In this document: positions 57,598 through 64,000 of the stretch, piece by piece | How the letters are laid out: each line of letters begins with the position of its first letter | How positions within the stretch are numbered: position 1 is the stretch's first letter | Assembly (NCBI GenBank): GCA_963833535.1 | Contig: CAWHYC010000006.1 | Location: forward strand, 41,574 to 105,573 | Direction: 5' to 3' | From: an uncultured Chloroflexia bacterium | GTDB taxonomy: Bacteria > Chloroflexota > Limnocylindria > Limnocylindrales > CSP1-4 | DNA: 64,000 nucleotides | Program-made: the position numbers and the translations under genes | Notes under the pieces: generated by a model | What the model was told of the DNA's origin: nothing | Databases searched by the model: none | What the model saw: the letters and a program-made list of their open reading frames with translations, nothing else

Positions 57598-59224
57598 TCA
57601 GGCGCGGCCTCCGGTGCTGGCGCGATCCTTGAGGATCTGGCCGGCCGCCAGCTTGCCCGGCGCGCCCATCACGCAGCCGCCCGGGTGGGTCCCCGAGCCA
57701 CACTGGTAGTAGCCGTCGATCGGCGTCCGGTACTGCGACCAGCCGGGGGCCGGGCGGAAGAAGAACATCTGCGGCGCCAGGAACTCACCGGCGAAGATGT
57801 TGCCCTCCGAGAGACCGACGGTGCGCTCGATGTCGAGCGGCGTGCGCACCTCGCGCTGCAGGACCAGGTCGCCGAAGCCAGGGAAGAACGACTCCAGGGT
57901 GGCCTGCACGGTGTCGCCAAGGTTCTCCTTCTCGGCGTCCCAGTCGCTCTTGCGCAGGTGGTAGGGCGCGTACTGGATGAAGCAGCTCATGACCGCCTTG
58001 CCCGGCGGCGCCATGTCCGGGTCGACCTCGGACTGCACGGCGCGTGTCGATGTACGGCCGCTTCGAGTACCAGCCGTACTTGGCGTCGTCGTAGGCGCGC
58101 TCGAGGTACTCCATCGAGGGGCCGATGTTGGTGAAGCCGCGGTACTGGTCGGTCCGGTCGCCGAGGGCCGGGTACTTGGGCGGCGCGTCGAGCGCGAAGT
58201 TGACCTTGGCCGAGGTGCCCTGGAAGCGGAAGCGGCGAATGTTCTCGACGAGGTCCGTGGGCAGCTCGCGCGGCTCGACCAGCTCCATGAACGTGCGTCG
58301 CGGGTCGAGCGCGGAGACGACCACCGGCGCCAGGAACTCGGTGCCGTCGGCGAGGGCGACGCCGGTTGCCCGACCGTCGCGCGTGATGACGTGATCGACG
58401 GCTGAGTCGAGTCGGATCTCCGCACCCAGCGCCTGGGCGGCCCGCGAGAGGACCTGCGTGAAGCCGCCGTTGCCGCGCTTGTGGAACGACCAGGCGCCCA
58501 TCTCGCCATCGTGCTCACCGAGGATGTGGTACAGCAGCACGAGCCCCGAACCCTGCGAGTAGGGCCCGACCTTGGTGCCGATGATGCTCGACGAGGCCAG
58601 GTAGCCCTTCAGGATGTCCGACTCGAAGTAGTCGTCCAGGAAGTCGGCCGCCGAGCCGGTCAGCAGGCGGACCGCGTCATGGAGCACCTTGCGGTCCATC
58701 TTCCGGAAGCGCTGACCGAGGGCCGCCAGCGCGACGAGCTCCTCCGGGTCGTCGCTGAAGAGGTCGGGTGGGACCTGGTCGAGGAGCGGCTTCAGCGCTC
58801 GTAGGACCTGGTTGACGTCGTGGTTGAAGGCGTCGTACGCGTCGGCGTCGTGCGGGCTGTGGCGGGCGATCTCTTTGAGGTTCTCGCCGTGATCCTGGCC
58901 GAGCAGCAGGTAGTCGCCGTTCTCCATCGGACAGAAGGTGGTCGGCATGAGGATGGGCATGAAGCCGTGCTTGACCAGGTCGAGGTCCTGCACGATGTCG
59001 GGCCGCAGCAGGCTCAGGGCATAGGAGAAGGTCGTGAACCAGAAGCCCGGCCGCAGCTCCTCCGTGATGGCCGCGCCGCCGACGAACGGGCGCCGCTCGA
59101 GGATCAGCGTGCGCAGGCCGGCCTTGGCCAGGTACGACCCGTTGACGAGGCCGTTGTGGCCGCCGCCGATGACGATCGCGTCGTAGCTCCGGTCGGCCTT
59201 CGTGGTGGCCTTCGTCTTGGGCAT
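57598..59224 (-). pseudogene. CrtI-family NAD(P)/FAD-dependent oxidoreductase with one apparent +1 frameshift
   Basis: FAD motif YDAIVIGGGHNGL near the N-terminus. The C-terminal 300 aa continue in the next frame after ...KRPYID, at about 58045–58060. Confidence 0.6.
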
Positions 59225-59225
59225 C

Positions 59226-60425
59226 TCAGGCCGTCCTTCGCTCGGGGTTGAAGAGTGGCAGGCGCGTCACGTGCGCGTCGAAGTATTCGTAGCGGTGGTT
59301 GACGGCCAGCTCGAGCTTGACGCGTGAGCCGGGCGCCAGGTGGTCGAGCGGGACCCGGGCCAGCGCGATGTGGCGCTGGAGCATCGGCGAGTACATCTGG
59401 CTGGTGGCATAGCCGAGCTGGTTCAGCTCGTCGTCGTAGATGTAGTACTCGTCCTGGATGGGGGTGTGGTCCTTGGGCGGGATGAGGCCCGCCTGGTCGT
59501 AGATCCGGTCGTACTCGCGCCAGTCGACGACGAGGCCGGTCAGCTTCCAGCGCGAGGTCTTGTCGGCCAGCTCGCGGCGGAGGGCGTCGCGTCCGATGAA
59601 GAGCCGCTCGTCGGCCTCGATCCCGCGCAGCATCCAGCCCAGGCCGAGCTCGACCGGCGTCGTGCGCTGGGCATCCGTCCACGCGTAGCGGCTCGACTGG
59701 AAGTCGACGTCGAGGAGGACGAGGCCGGCCTCGATGCGCGCCATGTAGAGGGCGATCATGCCGATGGGGATGACGTGGCGACCACGACCCGCCGCCCAGA
59801 TCGCATCCCACAGCGCCAGGGCATCCTCGCTCCTGACCCAGATCTCGTAGCCCAGGTCGCCCGTGTAGCCGGTCCTCGAGACGCGCACGGGGATCTTGGC
59901 GATCTTGGTCGTCAGGTGGCCGAAATAGGGCAGCTCGGCGACGCCACGGGCGATCGGCGCCAGCAGATCGCGCGCACGCGGACCCTGGACGGCCAGCACG
60001 GCCCACTGGTCGGAGACGTCCTCGATGCCGACGTCGAGCCGCCCGACGAGTGCCTCGAAATAGGCGAGGTTCGGCTCTGCCGCAGTGAGCAGGTACTCGT
60101 CCTTGGCGTGGCGCAGGACGACGCCGTCCTCGACCACGAAGCCGCGGTCGTCGCACCAGGCGGTGTACTGCGCATGACCGGGCTGACAGGTCCGGATGTC
60201 GCGCGTCAGCACGCCGGCCAGGAAGCGCTCGGCGTCCGGCCCGGCGATGCGGTACTTGTAGAGCGGCGACGAGTCGAAGAGGCCGGCGCTGTTGCGGATG
60301 GCGAAGTACTCGAACTTCTCCGACATCTGATAGCGGGTCGCGGCCAAGTGGTTCGACCAGTGCTCCCAGAGGCCGGTCTCGTTGAGCGGGGCGAGGCGCT
60401 CGTAAAAGGGCGTGGTCCGGATCAT
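59226..60425 (-). CDS. aminomethyltransferase-family protein (GcvT-like), second paralog
   Basis: GcvT motifs (VSRTGYTGDLGYEIW) in an intact frame. Confidence 0.8.
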   Translation of the reverse strand: MIRTTPFYERLAPLNETGLWEHWSNHLAATRYQMSEKFEYFAIRNSAGLFDSSPLYKYRIAGPDAERFLAGVLTRDIRTCQPGHAQYTAWCDDRGFVVEDGVVLRHAKDEYLLTAAEPNLAYFEALVGRLDVGIEDVSDQWAVLAVQGPRARDLLAPIARGVAELPYFGHLTTKIAKIPVRVSRTGYTGDLGYEIWVRSEDALALWDAIWAAGRGRHVIPIGMIALYMARIEAGLVLLDVDFQSSRYAWTDAQRTTPVELGLGWMLRGIEADERLFIGRDALRRELADKTSRWKLTGLVVDWREYDRIYDQAGLIPPKDHTPIQDEYYIYDDELNQLGYATSQMYSPMLQRHIALARVPLDHLAPGSRVKLELAVNHRYEYFDAHVTRLPLFNPERRTA

Positions 60426-60435
60426 GGGCGGCTCG

Positions 60436-61818
60436 CTAGCCCGTGGCCTGGCCGGCGGTCGGCCGGTTCGCCGTCGACGCCGAAGCGCCGGCGACCGCTC
60501 GAGCCTCCAGGGCCGCGTCCAGCGCGACCTCGAAGATGCCGACCACGCGATCGATGGTGTCGCCGGCGGCGTGCAATTCGGACAGGAACCACGGCTCGCG
60601 CGAGTCCGGTTCCGGCATCGCACCGCGCAGGATCATCTGCCACACGACCTCGTCGTAGAGGTCGTGGTCGGTGTCGACCCAGCCTCGATAGTCGGTCGGC
60701 GCAGCCTCAGCGAAGACGATGCCAAACATGATGGGATGACCGCTGAACACATGCGGCACACTGCGCTCGGTCATCACCTCGTGGAGACCCGCCTGGAGAC
60801 GCCGGCCGGTGCCATCGATGATGGCCAGGGCTTCTGTGTCTCGAAGGATGCGCAGCGTGGCCACGGCCGCCGATGCCGCGATGCGGTTCCCGGCGTACGT
60901 ACCACCATGGCTGACCCGCTCTGGCAGGAGGCTCATCACGTCCCGCCGACCGCCGAAGGCGGCGGCTGGATAACCGTTGGCCAATGCCTTGGCGTACGTG
61001 GCAAGGTCCGGCGTCACGCCGTATAGCTCGGCGGCACCGCCGCGGGCGAGGCGGAAGCCGGTCTTGACCTCGTCGAAGATGAGCAGGGCGCCGTACTCGC
61101 TGGTCAGCGCGCGGAGCTCGTCGAGGAACCCCGGGCGCGGCAGCAGCGCCTGGGCGTTGCCGAGGATCGGCTCCACGATGACCGCCGCGATGCGATCGCC
61201 TTCGCGCTCGAACACCCGTTGTAGCGCCGCGATGTCATTGAATGGCACCGGGATCACGGTCTGCGCGACGACTTCCGGGATGCCTCGGCCCTGGACGAAG
61301 CGGAGCGGATCGTCGCGTTCGCCCAGTTCGGTGGCCTCGTCGGGCGAGGCGAGCGCGTAGTCATGGACCCCGTGGTAACCGCCCTCGAACTTCACGATCC
61401 GGTCGCGGCCGGTGAAGGCCCGCGCGAGGCGCATGGCATGCATGGTGGCCTCGGTACCCGAGACCGTCAGACGGGCCATGTCACAGAAGGTCAGCTCGGT
61501 GATCAGCTCGCAGGCCTGGACCTCGTCCTCGCTGGTCAGGCTGAAGCTGATGCCGCGGGAGAGTCGCTCGATGACATGGGCGTCCACGCGCTCGTCGGCA
61601 TGCCCCAGGATGGCCGGACCGTAGCCCATGCGCAGGTCGATGTACTCGTTGCCGTCGATGTCCCAGATCGTCGCGCCCTTGCCACGGTCGACGTAGACCG
61701 TGTCCGCGTCCCAGATCCGGAAGTTCGAGTCGGCCCCGCCGGGCATGACGCGCAGCGCACGACGGTACATCTCGGCTTGGCGTTCACGGGCGAGGGGCGT
61801 GAGGGGCTTGACGGTCAT
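60436..61818 (-). CDS. class III PLP-dependent aminotransferase (glutamate-1-semialdehyde aminomutase-like)
   Basis: PLP lysine context IFDEVKTGFR and the GSA-aminomutase/ω-transaminase fold. Confidence 0.8.
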   Translation of the reverse strand: MTVKPLTPLARERQAEMYRRALRVMPGGADSNFRIWDADTVYVDRGKGATIWDIDGNEYIDLRMGYGPAILGHADERVDAHVIERLSRGISFSLTSEDEVQACELITELTFCDMARLTVSGTEATMHAMRLARAFTGRDRIVKFEGGYHGVHDYALASPDEATELGERDDPLRFVQGRGIPEVVAQTVIPVPFNDIAALQRVFEREGDRIAAVIVEPILGNAQALLPRPGFLDELRALTSEYGALLIFDEVKTGFRLARGGAAELYGVTPDLATYAKALANGYPAAAFGGRRDVMSLLPERVSHGGTYAGNRIAASAAVATLRILRDTEALAIIDGTGRRLQAGLHEVMTERSVPHVFSGHPIMFGIVFAEAAPTDYRGWVDTDHDLYDEVVWQMILRGAMPEPDSREPWFLSELHAAGDTIDRVVGIFEVALDAALEARAVAGASASTANRPTAGQATG

Positions 61819-61953
61819 GCCGGGCTCCAAGAGGGCGACTCGGGGCTGCTTCTGACGCGAGATTCGTGGGATTCGCCGCGAAACATTGCGAAATCCTGTG
61901 GTGACCTTGCCCAGATTGTACCCAACCCGCAAGCCGCGCCTATCATCCCGACG

Positions 61954-63354
61954 ATGCCCGAAGCGCCCACTCCCGACAGCCGCGCGGCCGCGTTCCTGGC
62001 TGCCCTTCGCGATGCGTTGCCAGACCTCGACCTGTCTGTCGACCGGGTCGAGTGGCGGCCTTCCGGTACGACGAGACCGAGTACACCTATCCCGGCTGGC
62101 CACTGGCGGTAGCGCTGCCGCGAACCACCGCGGAGGTCGCGACGATCGTCAGCCTGGCCGCCCGCCACGGCGTGCCGATCGTGCCACGCGGGGCCGGCAG
62201 CGGGCTTTCCGGTGGTGCCACGGCGGTCGACGGGGCGCTGACCCTGGTGACCACGAAGATGGATCACATCGTGGAGATCGACACCGCAAATCTCGCCGCG
62301 GTCGTCCAGCCGGGCGTCATCAACGCAGACCTCGGCCGAGCGGCCGCGTCGCACGGCCTGTTCTATGCCCCGGACCCCGCCAGCTTCGAGATCTGCACCA
62401 TCGGCGGCAACCTGGCCGAGAACTCGGGCGGCCTGCGCTGCGTCAAATACGGCGTCACTCGCGACGCCGTCCTCGGCCTCGAGGTCGTGCTCGCCGACGG
62501 CAGCGTCATCCGGACCGGTGGTCGAACGGTCAAGGACGTGGCCGGCTACGACCTGACGCACCTCTTCGTCGGCTCGGAAGGCACGCTGGGCATCATCACC
62601 GAGGCGACCCTGCGGCTGCGCCCGATGCCCGCCGAGAAGCTGACCGTGCTGGCCTTCTTCGCCAGCGTCGCGGCGGCCGGCGACGCGGTCGCCGCGGATC
62701 ACCGCCGCGGGCATCGTGCCCGTGACCCTCGAGCTGATGGATCGTTTCACCATCCGTGCGGTCGACGATGCCGCGCACCTCGGGCTCGACCGGGACGCGG
62801 GCGCGATGCTGATGATCGAGTCCGATGCCGGCGGCGCCGCGGCGGAGGAGGAGCTCGATCGTGCCGAGCGCGCGTGCAGCGAGGCCGGGGCGACCAGCCT
62901 GGTGCGAGCCAAGGATCCGACCGAGGCCGACTGGCTGCGCCAGGCACGACGTGCCGCGCACAGCTCGCTCGAGCGGGCCGGCGTGGCGCGCATGGACGAC
63001 GTCGGCGTGCCCCGCTCGCGCGTGCCGGAGATGCTGGCTGCCATCGAGCGCATCAGCGCCATGCACGATCTGCCGGTCGGGGTCTTCGGCCACGCCGGCG
63101 ACGGCAACCTGCATCCGACGTTCGTCGTCGATCGCGACGACCCCACCGCGGAGTCGCGCATCAACAGCGCGCGCGCCGCCATCTACCAGGCGGCCATCGA
63201 CCTCGGCGGCACGATCACGGGTGAGCACGGCACGGGCATCGCCAAGCGTGCCTACCTCGAGGCGCAGCTCGGACCCCGGGCGGTGGAGGTGATGCGCTCG
63301 CTGAAGACGGCCCTCGACCCACAGGGCATCCTGAACCCGGGGAAGGTGCTCTAG
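61954..63354 (+). pseudogene. FAD-linked oxidase (GlcD / D-lactate dehydrogenase family) with a compensating −1/+1 frameshift pair
   Basis: The N-terminal 35 aa and the C-terminal about 210 aa share one frame. The central FAD-binding domain (AVALPRTTAEV...PRGAGSGLSGGA...) is read −1 from them, between about 62060 and about 62700. Confidence 0.6.
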
Positions 63355-63431
63355 GACCGCACAGAAGTAACGCCTCGAGGGCATCGCGCGTTCACATCAC
63401 CGACCGCTATCGAACGTTGTGGAGCACGGCG

Positions 63432-64000
63432 ATGTCACTGGGGCGTCGGATCCTCATCCTCGCCACGTGCCTCATCCTTGCCGCCTGCGCCCCGACTGGA
63501 TCGGCCCCGACAGGCGACCAGGCAGACCTGGGGACCCCGACCCCGCCCGCGCCGAGCACGCTGTCGACGATCGAACCGTCCCACACGGCGCCAGAGTCCA
63601 CATCGGGGACCGAGTCCGTGAGCCTCGTGATCCGGTCTATGACCTGCAACGACGTCTGCGGGCCAAACCCCGGCACGACCATCCTCTCGGACGGCCGAGC
63701 GATCTGGCGGCCCGAAGGATCGCCAGACGGTGGCCTAGCCGAGCGCACGCTTACGCCTGCCGGGCTCCTCGCTGTACGCCATGCGATCGACGCCACCGGC
63801 CTGCTCGACGCCGATGGCTCATATGGGGTCACCCAACGACCGGGCACGGAGCCCCCTGGTCACGGGACCACGAGTCATGTGCTTCGGGCGGGCTACGGCG
63901 ACCGCACGGTGACGGTGTCTGCCGATGACCCAGGGTCGTTCGAGGCCGACAACAAGCTGTTCGGAAGGGTGTGGGACATCCCGCCGCAGACGTACGTGCT
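63432..64000 (+). CDS. lipoprotein, unknown function (3' truncated by the window edge)
   Basis: ATG followed by the lipobox ILAAC, with no stop to the end of the window. The listed overlapping ORF at 63419 is in another frame and is not the lipoprotein reading frame. Confidence 0.45.
   Translation, partial: MSLGRRILILATCLILAACAPTGSAPTGDQADLGTPTPPAPSTLSTIEPSHTAPESTSGTESVSLVIRSMTCNDVCGPNPGTTILSDGRAIWRPEGSPDGGLAERTLTPAGLLAVRHAIDATGLLDADGSYGVTQRPGTEPPGHGTTSHVLRAGYGDRTVTVSADDPGSFEADNKLFGRVWDIPPQTYV

Noticed and set aside
1-64000. CRISPR arrays, IS elements, integrases or prophage remnants
   Set aside because: I found no direct-repeat/spacer periodicity, no transposase, integrase or recombinase-like ORFs, and no terminal inverted repeats. 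The window appears to be core chromosome.

Overview
This is a very high-GC (roughly 70% or more) bacterial chromosomal window from an Actinobacteria- or Chloroflexi-like organism. It is dense with housekeeping, transport and respiratory genes, and has no CRISPR arrays, IS elements or prophage genes. The high GC produces many long spurious ORFs on the opposite strand of real genes, and I discounted those.

What the window contains:
- **Efflux and exporters:** an ABC-2 exporter pair, and an RND efflux pump next to a MarR regulator with a perfect palindromic operator candidate upstream.
- **tRNAs:** an initiator tRNA-fMet (CAT) and a tRNA-Lys (TTT), both on the minus strand.
- **A respiratory operon:** a b6f-type Rieske/cytochrome b operon on the minus strand with unusual accessory genes (main hunt result 1, below).
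- **Two ECF vitamin-type transporter modules:** one sits behind a clear TPP riboswitch with a thiamine pyrophosphokinase. The other follows two tandem SAM hydroxide adenosyltransferase paralogs and a divergent WYL-type regulator (main hunt result 2, below).
- **Signalling and maintenance genes:** a large HTH–4×GAF–GGDEF diguanylate cyclase, an M23 peptidase, PntAA/PntA2/PntB transhydrogenase, a Phd/YefM–VapC toxin–antitoxin pair, and an HD-domain dGTPase-like gene next to a methyltransferase.
- **A PotABCD polyamine ABC importer followed by a catabolic-looking cluster:** two GcvT-family aminomethyltransferases, a class III aminotransferase, an ADP-forming acyl-CoA synthetase, an acyl-CoA dehydrogenase, a CrtI-like FAD oxidoreductase and a GlcD-like FAD oxidase.

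The three main hunt results:
1. **Rieske/cyt b6/subunit IV module with extra partners.** It is encoded with a GltD-like NAD(P)H/FAD/Fe-S oxidoreductase, a cytochrome c–cupredoxin fusion and a membrane Kelch propeller.
2. **SAM-hydrolase/ECF/WYL locus.** Two SAM-hydrolase paralogs precede a dedicated ECF transporter, with a divergent regulator.
3. **A run of frameshifts.** Four consecutive catabolic genes, plus the WYL regulator, carry apparent single-base frameshifts, mostly +1 in G/C repeats.
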